Positions 46,784 to 56,991 of a stretch of 64,000 nt of DNA are shown in pieces (the first letter of the stretch is position 1; each line of letters opens with the position of its first letter). Both the position numbers and the translations under genes were made by a program. Source of the DNA: Ignavibacteria bacterium. GTDB taxonomy: Bacteria; Bacteroidota; Ignavibacteria; Kapaibacteriales; Kapaibacteriaceae. Below the pieces are notes generated by a model. That model searched no databases, had not been told where the DNA came from, and was given only the letters and a program-made list of their open reading frames with translations. The DNA is taken from contig VGVV01000002.1 of the NCBI GenBank assembly GCA_016873895.1, forward strand, positions 314,152-378,151, written 5' to 3'.

Positions 46784-47566
46784 ATGAACGTGTTAGAACG
46801 GCTGATTGCGCTATTTGGTATGGCAGTTATTGCTCGTTCGTCATCAGCGCGAGAGTTTGAGAGTCTTTACGCCAACCCGTTCGAGGCCCGCATTCAATTG
46901 GTAGGGCAACTTGCTCCAAGGACCCTAAGGCTCGATATCGGAGCCTCCCCGGAATTGTTCCGTGTTGATTCAATATTTAAAGTCGAGGCCGAGTTTTTCA
47001 CTCTCACGCGGCTTCGCTCCGAGGGAAATCTGAAGTTCCCAGCAGAAACAGCAGACTATTGGTTTGGCTTTACCGGAACGTATACACCAGCCGGATCTGC
47101 TATTGATCTGCGTATCCGACTTGCCCATATCTCGTCGCATCTTGTTGACGGGTATGCAAATGCACGTGGCCAGTTCGAACGCCAGTTGCCATTTGTATAC
47201 AGCAGAGAATTCATAGAAGCTATCGCGGCCTACCGCATCGGGAATCTGCGTCCGTACGCCGGCGTAACATGGGTGTGGTCAATTCAGCCAAGGTATTTTG
47301 ATAGACTTATTCCGCATGTCGGCTTTGATTACAGCGTTGATCTTGGAGCTGATTGTGCAGTGCATGTTGGGCATGATGCAAAGCTGATTGGAATTCATGG
47401 GTCATATGCACCACAGCATTCTACGCAGATTGGCATTCAGCAGCGATATCCCTCCGGTACGTCAGCAGGGGTTGCACTGTATAGATTTGACGGCCGAAGC
47501 ATTCATGGAATGTTCGCCAACCAAGCGGAGTCGTATCTGGGTTTAGGGTTATCCTTTACCTATTGA
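46784..47566 (+). CDS. DUF1207-like outer-membrane protein
   Basis: LYANPFEAR, ADYWFG and RLAHISSHLVDG motifs; C-terminal aromatic strand. Confidence 0.6.
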   Translation: MNVLERLIALFGMAVIARSSSAREFESLYANPFEARIQLVGQLAPRTLRLDIGASPELFRVDSIFKVEAEFFTLTRLRSEGNLKFPAETADYWFGFTGTYTPAGSAIDLRIRLAHISSHLVDGYANARGQFERQLPFVYSREFIEAIAAYRIGNLRPYAGVTWVWSIQPRYFDRLIPHVGFDYSVDLGADCAVHVGHDAKLIGIHGSYAPQHSTQIGIQQRYPSGTSAGVALYRFDGRSIHGMFANQAESYLGLGLSFTY

Positions 47567-47636
47567 TGATCACGTGTTGACTTGAGCCGTATTTTCGTGG
47601 TTTCACACGAATACATCGCCCCTTTCCAGATACTCT

Positions 47637-48731
47637 ATGGGAATCGCCTGCGGAATTGTAGGACTACCGAATGTTGGTAAGTCTACGTTGTTCAACGCCC
47701 TTACTTCAAATGAAGCAGAGGCGGCCAATTATCCATTTTGCACTATCGATCCCAATGTGGGTATCGTGAATGTGCCCGATCCACGGCTGAAGAAGCTTGT
47801 AGATGTCTACCAGACTGATAAAGAGGTACCTACCACAGTTGAGTTCGTAGATATTGCCGGACTTGTTAAAGGGGCTTCAAAAGGCGAAGGACTTGGCAAT
47901 CAATTTTTGGGCAACATCCGGGCATGTGACGCGGTGGCGCATGTTGTTCGTTGTTTCCAGGACGACAATGTTGTTCACGTACATGGCGGTGTGAATCCTC
48001 TGCATGATATCGATATCATCGAGACAGAGTTGATTCTGAAAGATGTTGAATCTGTTGAAAATCGCATGGAAACAGTCAACAAGAAAGTACGCGCAAACGA
48101 CAAAGACGCCAAAGAAGAACATGAGATTCTCGGACTACTGCGTACACACCTCGATGGTGGCAAACCGGCTCGCACTTACGATCGCGACGATAAGGCTGCT
48201 GCAATCATTCGGCAGCTGCAGCTCTTGACAGATAAGCCAGTAATGTACGTTGCAAACACCGATGAGAATGGTGTTAAACATAGCAATGAGTTTTTAACGG
48301 CTGTGCGTGAGCGTGCTGCCTCTGAAGGAGCGGTTGTTGTGCCTATTTGTGCGAAGATCGAGGCCGAGATCGCTCTATTGGATGATGATGATCGTGCAAT
48401 GTTCTTGGCTGATCTTGGCATGGAAGAACCAGGATTGGATCGCGTTATCAGAGAGGCATACAGGCTGCTCGGCCTCATCACATACTTCACAGCTGGAAAG
48501 AAGGAGTGTCGTGCTTGGACTGTGCGCCAGGGTGCAACTGCACCTCAGGCTGCGGGTGTGATACACACCGACTTTGAACGCGGGTTTATCCGCGCTGAAG
48601 TTATGTCGTACAACGACTGGGAACGCCTCGGCAGCGAGCAATCCGTAAAGGATGCAGGAATGTATCGAGTAGAGGGGAAAGAGTACATCGTTAAAGACGG
48701 TGACATCATGTACTTCCGCTTTAACGTTTAA
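47637..48731 (+). CDS. ychF: Redox-regulated ATPase YchF
   Basis: GLPNVGKSTLFN, NYPFCTI and DIAGLVKGAS motifs, TGS domain; TATTTTCG at 47590-47597. Confidence 0.97.
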   Translation: MGIACGIVGLPNVGKSTLFNALTSNEAEAANYPFCTIDPNVGIVNVPDPRLKKLVDVYQTDKEVPTTVEFVDIAGLVKGASKGEGLGNQFLGNIRACDAVAHVVRCFQDDNVVHVHGGVNPLHDIDIIETELILKDVESVENRMETVNKKVRANDKDAKEEHEILGLLRTHLDGGKPARTYDRDDKAAAIIRQLQLLTDKPVMYVANTDENGVKHSNEFLTAVRERAASEGAVVVPICAKIEAEIALLDDDDRAMFLADLGMEEPGLDRVIREAYRLLGLITYFTAGKKECRAWTVRQGATAPQAAGVIHTDFERGFIRAEVMSYNDWERLGSEQSVKDAGMYRVEGKEYIVKDGDIMYFRFNV

Positions 48732-48739
48732 GGACTACC

Positions 48740-49435
48740 ATGGCTTTTCTTGGTCACTCGGCCAGACTGCTTCTCCATTGCACTGCCGCTAGTGCTGATG
48801 CAGAACGATGGACTGCGTTGGGGTTCGACATTCTGGAGTCTTCGGAACACGAAGCACTCCTTACTGATGGACAGATCAACGTTGTACTGCGAACTGGAGA
48901 CCAGCAGCCCCCTCAGCTTGAATATCTTGGTGCATCGCTGCAGAGCATTAAGGATAAGATTCTGGCTGGCGGCAATGTGCTCGAAAAAATTGGAACAGAG
49001 GAGCTCGTGTTTGCTGGCCCTGGCATGCTACGATACAGTATCAAGCCGGCAACGGCAGCCAATGTTGTTCACTGCACTGGCGACAGCAACCCTGTTCTGG
49101 GATACGTTGATGCTCTGGTTGTTCCCGTCGTGGATGCAGATCAGGCAGCGGTCTGGGCCCAGGCTTGCGGGTATTTTATAGCAGAGGCAAGTGGACGCGA
49201 TATTCATTGTGTGGATGTTACCGATGGCATCTGGATGCTGTCGTTCAGAGAACAACCTGCTGGGGCGCCTTTCCTGCATTATACCGCCGATATCGATCAG
49301 GAGTGGATTGATGACATCAGCGGCATCTTTCCCGATGCGAAAGTGATGCGCAGTGGTGATGGCACAGTTGATCTGTTTATATGCTCCATGCCCGGTGGCC
49401 TACCTATCATGATCACAAACGATGAGATCGAGTAG
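48740..49435 (+). CDS. Hypothetical protein, possible two-domain VOC/glyoxalase fold
   Basis: Internally repeated W..LGF/CGY..(L/V)TDG pattern. Confidence 0.5.
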   Translation: MAFLGHSARLLLHCTAASADAERWTALGFDILESSEHEALLTDGQINVVLRTGDQQPPQLEYLGASLQSIKDKILAGGNVLEKIGTEELVFAGPGMLRYSIKPATAANVVHCTGDSNPVLGYVDALVVPVVDADQAAVWAQACGYFIAEASGRDIHCVDVTDGIWMLSFREQPAGAPFLHYTADIDQEWIDDISGIFPDAKVMRSGDGTVDLFICSMPGGLPIMITNDEIE

Positions 49436-49440
49436 ATATC

Positions 49441-50103
49441 ATGAAGCCTTCCTTGGTACTTTTTGATCTTGATGGGACGCTGATTGACTCTCGGCGAGGT
49501 ATTGTGCATTCCCTACGTCTCGCGCTAGAGGATTCGCACATGCCCGTTGCAGAAGACCACGACTTTACCTGGTGCCTTGGTGCATCGTTGTGGAAGATTT
49601 TTGAACACTATCTGCAAACCACTGATCGGGTTCGTCTCGAACATGCTGTAGCAACATACCGCCATATCTACCGCGACGGTCCGATGTTTGAATACGACAT
49701 CTACGATGGTGTAACCGAAATGCTCTCGCGTCTCAGCAGCACTGGCGCTCGCATTGCTGTGGCAACAGCAAAAGCTCATGAGTATGCTCGAGAGGTGATT
49801 GAAGCATCAATGGTACATCGGTACATTGATCATGTATACGGCTCTGAGCTCGATGGTACAAATGTTGAAAAGCGCGACCTCCTGCGACATATCCTCATGC
49901 ATGAGCAGGCCGCTGCGCACGACGTTGTCATGATTGGGGATCGTCACCACGATATCGACGGTGCCCGTGCCAACGGCGTTGCCAATATTGGTGTACTCTA
50001 TGGTTATGGCTCGGTTGATGAGTTGTCACATGCAGATGTCTGTGTATCACGTGCACACGATATCGACGTCACAATTGCGTCCTTGGAAGCCCCCTCGCGA
50101 TAG
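49441..50103 (+). CDS. HAD-superfamily phosphatase (Gph/5'-nucleotidase-like)
   Basis: FDLDGTLIDS, VATAK and MIGDRHHDI motifs. Confidence 0.9.
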   Translation: MKPSLVLFDLDGTLIDSRRGIVHSLRLALEDSHMPVAEDHDFTWCLGASLWKIFEHYLQTTDRVRLEHAVATYRHIYRDGPMFEYDIYDGVTEMLSRLSSTGARIAVATAKAHEYAREVIEASMVHRYIDHVYGSELDGTNVEKRDLLRHILMHEQAAAHDVVMIGDRHHDIDGARANGVANIGVLYGYGSVDELSHADVCVSRAHDIDVTIASLEAPSR

Positions 50104-50110
50104 GCATTGC

Positions 50111-51055
50111 ATGGACCGCAGCGAGCTTACAAAACGCGTAAAGGCCATAGCAATAGAACTTGGCTTTGATGCCGTTGGCATAGCGATTGCAGAGCCCCTT
50201 TCGATTGAGTATCAGAAGTACGAAGAGTGGATTGGCCGTGGCTACCATGGCACCATGAGCTATATGGAACGTAACATGGATGCTCGTAGAGATGTGTCTG
50301 CTATTGTACCGGGCGCACGAAGCGTTATCGTTGTTGCAAAGAATTACTACACACCAAGAAAGCATGATGTTACCGGAAAAATTGCGCGTTATGCTTGGGG
50401 AGACGACTACCATGTGGTGCTTCCACCAATGCTTGATGCACTGATAGGCAGCCTTGCAGAACTTTCACCAGGTAGCGTTTCACACCGCTACACAGACACA
50501 GGGCCTGTTCTCGAGAAAGCCTGGGCAGTACGTTCTGGTATTGGATGGCAGGGTAAGAACGGAAACATCATTCGCCGAGACATAGGCAGTTGGTTCTTTC
50601 TTGGTGTGGTGATAACGACGGCCGATTTAGAACCAGACGCACCTATGGACGACTACTGTGGTTCGTGCACGGCATGTCTTGAGCTTTGTCCAACATCTGC
50701 CATTATTGAGCCAAAGGTGGTAGATGCAACAAAGTGCATTTCGTATTGGACGATTGAGACAAAGTCGGAAACAGATTTTCCACTTCCAATAGTTGAGCAA
50801 CTCGATGGGTGGTTCTTTGGATGTGACGTTTGCCAGGATGTCTGCCCTTGGAATAGATTTCAGCAGCCCTCGTCGGAACCGCGATTTGAGGCACGAATGG
50901 GGCAGGCAAATGTGGATCCAGAACAGATTGTAACTTTGCAGCCCGAAACATTCGTCGAGCGTTTTCGTCACAGTCCGCTCAAGCGCCCGAAGCTAGCAGG
51001 ACTTCAACGAAATGCTCTAATGCTACTCAACTCTAGCAATAACGAACACGAGTAA
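50111..51055 (+). CDS. queG: Epoxyqueuosine reductase
   Basis: ARYAWGDDYH, DTGPVLEK, CGSCTACLELCP and GCDVCQDVCPWN motifs. Confidence 0.95.
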   Translation: MDRSELTKRVKAIAIELGFDAVGIAIAEPLSIEYQKYEEWIGRGYHGTMSYMERNMDARRDVSAIVPGARSVIVVAKNYYTPRKHDVTGKIARYAWGDDYHVVLPPMLDALIGSLAELSPGSVSHRYTDTGPVLEKAWAVRSGIGWQGKNGNIIRRDIGSWFFLGVVITTADLEPDAPMDDYCGSCTACLELCPTSAIIEPKVVDATKCISYWTIETKSETDFPLPIVEQLDGWFFGCDVCQDVCPWNRFQQPSSEPRFEARMGQANVDPEQIVTLQPETFVERFRHSPLKRPKLAGLQRNALMLLNSSNNEHE

Positions 51056-51062
51056 GACAGTT

Positions 51063-52010
51063 ATGACACACACAGACATCGCGATTATAGGATCCGGACC
51101 TGCCGGGTTTACTGCCGCATTGTATGCAAGTCGAGCAAACCTCGGTGTAATCATTTTCGAGGGCACCCAACCGGGTGGGCAGCTCACGATTACAACTGAC
51201 GTGGAGAATTATCCGGGTTTCGAGCATGGCATTATGGGGCCCGAGCTTATGGAGGTATTCCGCAAGCAGGCCCATCGGTTCGGTGCCATCTCACGGTACG
51301 AGCTGATAACGAACATTGATGCATCGACACGTCCATTTGTGCTCACCAACGACAAGGCAGAGACCATCACAGCCGATGCTGTGATCGTTGCAACTGGCGC
51401 TACAGCAAAACTTCTTGGTGCTCCAGGCGAACAGGAATACATGGGCTTTGGCGTAAGTGCGTGCGCCACCTGCGATGGGTTCTTTTTCCGCGGACTCAAC
51501 GTTTTTGTTATTGGAGGCGGCGATACGGCCATGGAAGAAGCCAACTATCTAACACGGTTTGCCGAGACGGTAACAATCGTGCATCGTCGCGATGATTTCC
51601 GTGCTTCAAAGATCATGGTAGAGCGTGCAAAATCGAATCCTAGAATCAAGTTTATGCTCAATGCTGTTGTGGATGAATACGTTGGAACCACAATCAATGG
51701 TATGAAAAAACTGACGCATTTACGCATCCGTGATGTGCAGTCTAACACAGTGTCGGACTATGCTGCCGACGGCGCATTTGTTGCTATCGGACACCAGCCG
51801 AATACCTCGTTGTTCTCAGGCATGCTTGACATTGATGATGTAGGGTATATCATTACACAGGGTAAATCATCTTACACAAACGTCCCTGGCATCTTTGCTT
51901 GCGGCGATGCTCAGGATAGCGTGTACCGTCAGGCAATTACTGCTGCTGGCTCTGGATGTATGGCCGCTATTGATGCAGAACGATGGCTAGAGGAAACCAG
52001 GCACGCCTAG
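51063..52010 (+). CDS. trxB: Thioredoxin-disulfide reductase
   Basis: GSGPAG, CATCDG, GGGDTA and YRQAITAAG motifs. Confidence 0.97.
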   Translation: MTHTDIAIIGSGPAGFTAALYASRANLGVIIFEGTQPGGQLTITTDVENYPGFEHGIMGPELMEVFRKQAHRFGAISRYELITNIDASTRPFVLTNDKAETITADAVIVATGATAKLLGAPGEQEYMGFGVSACATCDGFFFRGLNVFVIGGGDTAMEEANYLTRFAETVTIVHRRDDFRASKIMVERAKSNPRIKFMLNAVVDEYVGTTINGMKKLTHLRIRDVQSNTVSDYAADGAFVAIGHQPNTSLFSGMLDIDDVGYIITQGKSSYTNVPGIFACGDAQDSVYRQAITAAGSGCMAAIDAERWLEETRHA

Positions 52011-52027
52011 TCTGCGTTTCGACCGCA

Positions 52028-53650
52028 TCATTCAACCACAGCGAATCGCAGCTTGTACTGTTTCTTGACTTTTGCTGCTGTAGCGTCGGCTAGCTCTTTG
52101 GATCGGAATCCCCAAAGGACTACGCTATAAGCGCTTTGTCCGTTACTGATAACAGACTCAAAGAAGGCCCTGTAGCCGCGACCACCCCAGATGGGAATCT
52201 GCATTTGGGCCTCGTCTTCGCTGGCAACTTGGTCTACGCGTATAGTGTGCGGCCGGTTATCCGTCCAGGATATCGTTGCTTCAACGCGATTATTCATTTG
52301 CTTGCGCGTGTTATCATCTGAAAAGTAGAACAGTGGTCTGCGCCCACCGTCGCTACGAATCGAGATCTGACGTTCAAGGACGCCATTAGCCATCAAAAAG
52401 CCCTTCACATTCTGAGCTCTCTCCAGTGCACGTGCATCGGCATCTTGCACCATAGTCTGGTCGACATGGCCAGTAAGGTTGATGTGCATCGTGATATTCT
52501 CAGAGAGGCGCTCGGCAATGGATGATAGAAGCGGGTAGTACTGCTGAAGACCATTGTCGGTTTCATCGTCAAAGAGAGCCACCACACTTGGTGATGTCGT
52601 GATATCAAGCGGCGAGTGCGGGAGAAGGATAGAATCGACGACGGCAATTTGCATGCTGTCGGCAGGGAGTTCAATTCGGAGCCATCGGGAATTGCATTCC
52701 ACTACGTCTTCAATTCCTGTCGGCATTGCTAGTGTGGAATTCCAACGTTCGGCATACAGTATTTCCCGCACAACATCGCCAACATTGCCCGCATCACCTT
52801 CTTTCATGGTATATAGCGTCCCGCCCGTTGCGCTTGAAACGTAGCGCAATGGTTGGGTAGCTAGGTCAAGCCCAATGCGAATCACATGAACCTTGATTCC
52901 TGCTTCGAGCATCTGTAGCACAACGTCTTTAGTGCTTGTTACCGCCGAGGCGTTATCACCTGTGGATGTCACGATTACGACAGAGCGAACACTACCACTG
53001 GATGGCAATTCACGAGCAGTAGCTGCTAGTATAGAGTAGAGCGCGGAAACTCCGCTAGGGGTGGGGATGTCATCGAGTGAAACATTTTCGATCGAGCGCT
53101 GAAGTGGGCCCACGCGCTGAAGCGTTGTAAGTGTTTGATTGTAGATTCCAATGCCTATGCTATCAGAGGACGACGCGCCCGAAAGAGCCCCCTTCAGACT
53201 GAGGATAACATCGCGAGCAGTGGTCCCGGAGAGCAGTGAGTTATCGATAGCGATATATGCTGCTGAACTCGCTGCTTTCGGTGAGCTTGAGTTCGACCCA
53301 ATCTCGCATTCGAATGACACTGGCGACTGCCCTCTGCAAAGGATAGAAGTTTTAACCTTTGAAACAACGGTGCTAGACGGGATGTAGTTGCCTTCGGAGT
53401 CTAGTGCAACCAGTTGGGTGAGGAACTTACCGTCGGGTTGGCGTTGAAGGCCAGTAATCTTGATGCGTGAAACTAGTGCGTTACTATCTGCAGTTAAACC
53501 AAGAAAATACCTACTGCGTGTTGCAGACTGACTAGGCAGTGGACCAGTCGATATTCCTTGTGCATCAGCCCTGTTGTGTGGCAGAATGTGCAGGGCGAGC
53601 AGCAAAGACATTACTGCTAACAGTCGGTTGAGTAGTACGAATCGGTTCAT
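52028..53650 (-). CDS. Secreted vWA + OmpA-like + SPOR-like multidomain protein
   Basis: Signal peptide; IAIDNS..TGDNAS..SSATGG vWA pattern; LTGHVD..ERAQNVKGFL..NNRVE OmpA pattern; C-terminal YSVVLWGF SPOR-like region. Confidence 0.7.
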   Translation of the reverse strand: MNRFVLLNRLLAVMSLLLALHILPHNRADAQGISTGPLPSQSATRSRYFLGLTADSNALVSRIKITGLQRQPDGKFLTQLVALDSEGNYIPSSTVVSKVKTSILCRGQSPVSFECEIGSNSSSPKAASSAAYIAIDNSLLSGTTARDVILSLKGALSGASSSDSIGIGIYNQTLTTLQRVGPLQRSIENVSLDDIPTPSGVSALYSILAATARELPSSGSVRSVVIVTSTGDNASAVTSTKDVVLQMLEAGIKVHVIRIGLDLATQPLRYVSSATGGTLYTMKEGDAGNVGDVVREILYAERWNSTLAMPTGIEDVVECNSRWLRIELPADSMQIAVVDSILLPHSPLDITTSPSVVALFDDETDNGLQQYYPLLSSIAERLSENITMHINLTGHVDQTMVQDADARALERAQNVKGFLMANGVLERQISIRSDGGRRPLFYFSDDNTRKQMNNRVEATISWTDNRPHTIRVDQVASEDEAQMQIPIWGGRGYRAFFESVISNGQSAYSVVLWGFRSKELADATAAKVKKQYKLRFAVVE

Positions 53651-53663
53651 GCAGTAGCGTAGT

Positions 53664-55007
53664 TTATGTTACTGAATCACGTTGAGAAATGGTAAATGTT
53701 ATGCGGGCTGAATCATCGCAATCGGCCGTAACACATTCACCTGCACGAACTTCCGAACCCAGAACCTTTATTGCAAGCGGATCGGCCAGGTATCGTTGAA
53801 TGACCCTCTTGAGTGGTCGTGCTCCTAATTGTACGTCGTAACCTAGTTTGCCAAGCCACTCAGCGCATGCCGGCGTAACAATCAGCTCTATGCCCAGCTT
53901 GGCAAGGCGTTGGGTTACGTTATTGATGTGTATGCCTGCTATCTGGTCTATCTCACTCTGAAGAAGGGGCTTAAAGAGTATAATCTCATCGATTCGATTA
54001 AGAAACTCGGGTCTTAGCCGGCGTTTTAGGAGCTTAAGGATTGTGAGTCTCAGTTGCGCCATGGTCGAATCTCTGTTGGTATCGTTGATCTCCAGAATGC
54101 TATCCTGAATACTTTCGGACCCAAGATTGGATGTCATGATGATAATGGTATTGGTAAAATCAACGGAGCGCCCTTGCCCATCGGTAAGGTGGCCATCATC
54201 GAGCACTTGCAGAAGTATGTTGAATACATCTGGGTGGGCTTTCTCGATTTCATCCAACAACACAACAGCAAACGGGCGTCTGCGAACGGCCTCTGTTAGC
54301 TGTCCGCCTTCTTCATATCCCACATAGCCCGGAGGTGCACCGATCAAGCGTGCAACCGAATGCTTTTCCATGTATTCACTCATATCGATGCGCACCAGCG
54401 CATGCTCATCGTCGAAGAGAAACTCTGCCAGAGCACGAGCCATCTCTGTTTTGCCAACTCCAGTGGAACCAAGAAACACGAATGATCCTATGGGACGCTT
54501 TTCGTCTTGCAGGCCAGCACGTGTTCGTCGTATAGCATTCGACACAGCCACAACAGCATCATGCTGTCCAATTACGCGATCATGGATGCGGTCTTCCATC
54601 GACAATAGTTTGCTACGCTCACTTTCTAACATCTTGCTCACGGGGATGCCAGTCCACTTAGCAACAACCTCTGCCACATCTTCGCTATCGATTTCTTCCT
54701 TAAGTAGAGGATTGTCTGATTGTAGTCGTTGCAATTCAAGCTTCACAGCTTCTACATCCTTCTCGCGATCTAGAAGAATGCCGTATCGTAGTTCTGCTAC
54801 ACGAGCGTAATCGCCAGCACGTTCCGCCTCGAGTGCCGCCAGTTTACAATCCTCAATCTCAGATTTCAACGCTCTGAGCTGCTGGATTTTGGCCTTCTCT
54901 ATTTCCCATCGAGAGCGCAACCCTGCATGGTGTGTGCGTAGCTCAGCAAGTTCGAGATCAAGCTCTTCGAGCCGCTTACGGGTAGATATTCGCAAATCGT
55001 CTGCCAT
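53664..55007 (-). CDS. clpB: ClpB C-terminal half (part of middle domain plus NBD2); N-domain and NBD1 absent
   Basis: AELRYG middle domain, WTGIPV, GSTGVGKT, GAPPGYVGY, LLDEIEKAH and GARPLKR motifs; only 106 bp to divergent plsY. Confidence 0.85.
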   Translation of the reverse strand: MADDLRISTRKRLEELDLELAELRTHHAGLRSRWEIEKAKIQQLRALKSEIEDCKLAALEAERAGDYARVAELRYGILLDREKDVEAVKLELQRLQSDNPLLKEEIDSEDVAEVVAKWTGIPVSKMLESERSKLLSMEDRIHDRVIGQHDAVVAVSNAIRRTRAGLQDEKRPIGSFVFLGSTGVGKTEMARALAEFLFDDEHALVRIDMSEYMEKHSVARLIGAPPGYVGYEEGGQLTEAVRRRPFAVVLLDEIEKAHPDVFNILLQVLDDGHLTDGQGRSVDFTNTIIIMTSNLGSESIQDSILEINDTNRDSTMAQLRLTILKLLKRRLRPEFLNRIDEIILFKPLLQSEIDQIAGIHINNVTQRLAKLGIELIVTPACAEWLGKLGYDVQLGARPLKRVIQRYLADPLAIKVLGSEVRAGECVTADCDDSARITFTISQRDSVT

Positions 55008-55113
55008 TGCCGTTCCGTATTGATGTACCAACTGCTATGACGAAGAAGAATCGAGTTTAAGGTAATGGCAAATCGTTTGTAAATTGCAGCTTCTTATCAG
55101 TATCAGTAGGCAT

Positions 55114-55803
55114 ATGGACCCTCTCTTACGCCTTGTAATCATCATTGCCCAGTCGTATGTGATTGGGGCAATACCATTTGCACTCCTCATTGGTAAACAC
55201 TGGTGTGGTGTTGATGTGCGAACACTTGGTAGCGGCAATCTGGGTAGTACAAACGTATACAGGAATCTTGGTTGGAAGCCAGGCATTGCCGTTCAAATTC
55301 TCGATATCGTAAAGGGACTAGTGCCGGTGTTGTTGGTGGCGTATTTTTTTGACACCCAGATGCCCTTTGAGAATCGCACTCCATTTGAAGACGAGACTGT
55401 CGTGAGGCTCATCGCAGGCGTATCTGCAGTAATCGGCCATATATTCAGTGTGTTTGTAGGATTTCGTGGCGGGAAGGGCATCAATACCTCTCTGGGGATG
55501 TTAATCGCTATCGCACCGGTTGAGCTTGCTTTTGCAGCTGGCGTCTTCGCTATCACAGTTGGTTTTTTTGGCTACATATCTCTCGGATCAATTATTGCTG
55601 CCGTGGTCATTCCCGTGGTTATGGCCGTCCGCCATAATATCTTCCACGTTGATATCAGCGGATACAAGACAGTAGTCTTCTTTATGATTGCACTGGCTGC
55701 TCTGGTTGTGTATGCGCACAGAGGTAATCTCAAAAGGCTGTGGCTGGGCACTGAGAGCCGTTTTGCTAAGCTGCAGATTTTCCGGCGTAACTCTAACAAC
55801 TGA
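55114..55803 (+). CDS. plsY: Glycerol-3-phosphate acyltransferase PlsY
   Basis: GSGNLGSTN, GHIFSVFVGFRGGKG and HRGNLKRL motifs. Confidence 0.94.
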   Translation: MDPLLRLVIIIAQSYVIGAIPFALLIGKHWCGVDVRTLGSGNLGSTNVYRNLGWKPGIAVQILDIVKGLVPVLLVAYFFDTQMPFENRTPFEDETVVRLIAGVSAVIGHIFSVFVGFRGGKGINTSLGMLIAIAPVELAFAAGVFAITVGFFGYISLGSIIAAVVIPVVMAVRHNIFHVDISGYKTVVFFMIALAALVVYAHRGNLKRLWLGTESRFAKLQIFRRNSNN

Positions 55804-56783
55804 TGAATATCGGGATCATCGGGTCGGGTGCTTGGGGCACGGCGATAGCCTGCGTTGCTGCTGACAATGGGCATAACGTAGTGATGTGGGCTCGAGAGTC
55901 CGAGGTGGTTCAGGAGATTAATAGCGCTCATACAAACGAGCGGTTCCTCAAAGGGGCTCAACTAGCAACCCTCATACGCGCTACCAGCTCGATGGCTGAT
56001 GTTGGTGAGTGCGATGTTGCTATCACCGCAACGCCTACGCAGAATGTGCGCTCGGTACTGCATGATCTTGATCTCAACGGAAAGATCATCGTCAACTTAG
56101 CAAAGGGCATCGAGGTTGGAACACATTGTAGAGTTTCAGAGATAGCTGCTCAGACACTTGGCAGTGGTGTTCGATACGTTGTGCTATCTGGGCCGAGTCA
56201 TGCAGAAGAAGTGATTCAGCGCATGCCGACTACGGTGGTGTGCGCGAGCACAGACGCAGAATCGGCACACGTTGTACAAGAAATGCTCTCAATTCCATCC
56301 TTTCGCGTCTATACCAGCTCTGATGTAGCAGGTGTGGAGATCGGTGGTGCGTTAAAGAACATTATCGCCATTGCCGCTGGCATTGTCGATGGCATTGGGC
56401 TAGGGGATAACACAAAGGCCGCTCTGATTTCGCGCGGACTTGCCGAGATAGCCCGTCTTGCAATAGTGCTGGGCGCAGATCCAAAAACGCTGTATGGGTT
56501 GGCGGGGCTAGGGGACTTGTTTGTTACGTGCTCTTCTCGGCACAGTAGGAATCGATCAGTTGGCGAACGAATCGGTCGCGGCGAAACTTTGCAACAGATT
56601 ACAGCATCGATGAGTGCTGTTGCAGAGGGCGTCACAACTACAACAGCAGCACTGGAACTTGCTTCAAGCGCAGGAGTAGAGCTTCCGATTACGCAAAAAG
56701 TTTACGACATTCTTTTTAAATCCGAAGACCCACGCAAGGCGATCTATGATCTGATGACTCGCCAAGCACGCACGGAAAATTAA
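55803..56783 (+). CDS. gpsA: NAD(P)H-dependent glycerol-3-phosphate dehydrogenase
   Basis: GSGAWGTA, SGPSHAEEV, GGALKN and GLGDLFVTC..SRN motifs. Confidence 0.96.
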   Translation: MNIGIIGSGAWGTAIACVAADNGHNVVMWARESEVVQEINSAHTNERFLKGAQLATLIRATSSMADVGECDVAITATPTQNVRSVLHDLDLNGKIIVNLAKGIEVGTHCRVSEIAAQTLGSGVRYVVLSGPSHAEEVIQRMPTTVVCASTDAESAHVVQEMLSIPSFRVYTSSDVAGVEIGGALKNIIAIAAGIVDGIGLGDNTKAALISRGLAEIARLAIVLGADPKTLYGLAGLGDLFVTCSSRHSRNRSVGERIGRGETLQQITASMSAVAEGVTTTTAALELASSAGVELPITQKVYDILFKSEDPRKAIYDLMTRQARTEN

Positions 56784-56989
56784 TGTGAGTCGCCACCGAG
56801 CCGCTCCACCACGAGCTTGGCCTGATCGAGATACTCTCTGCATACCTGCGCAAGCTTCATACCTTCTTCGAAAATCTTGAGTTGCTCGTCTAACGGTAGC
56901 TCGCCGCGATCAAGTAGCATCGAGATTTCTTCCAGCCTTTTGAGCTGGTCTTCAAGCGAGATTTCTGGTGTATTTCCTTTGGACTTCAT
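56780..56989 (-). CDS. xseB: Exodeoxyribonuclease VII small subunit
   Basis: LEEI..L..GELPLDE..FEEGMKL..C pattern; follows xseA. Confidence 0.9.
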   Translation of the reverse strand: MKSKGNTPEISLEDQLKRLEEISMLLDRGELPLDEQLKIFEEGMKLAQVCREYLDQAKLVVERLGGDSH

Positions 56990-56991
56990 CT

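Noticed and set aside
52028-55007. MoxR-like AAA+/vWA chaperone pair
   Set aside because: The ATPase is clearly ClpB NBD2 and cytoplasmic, whereas the vWA protein has a signal peptide.
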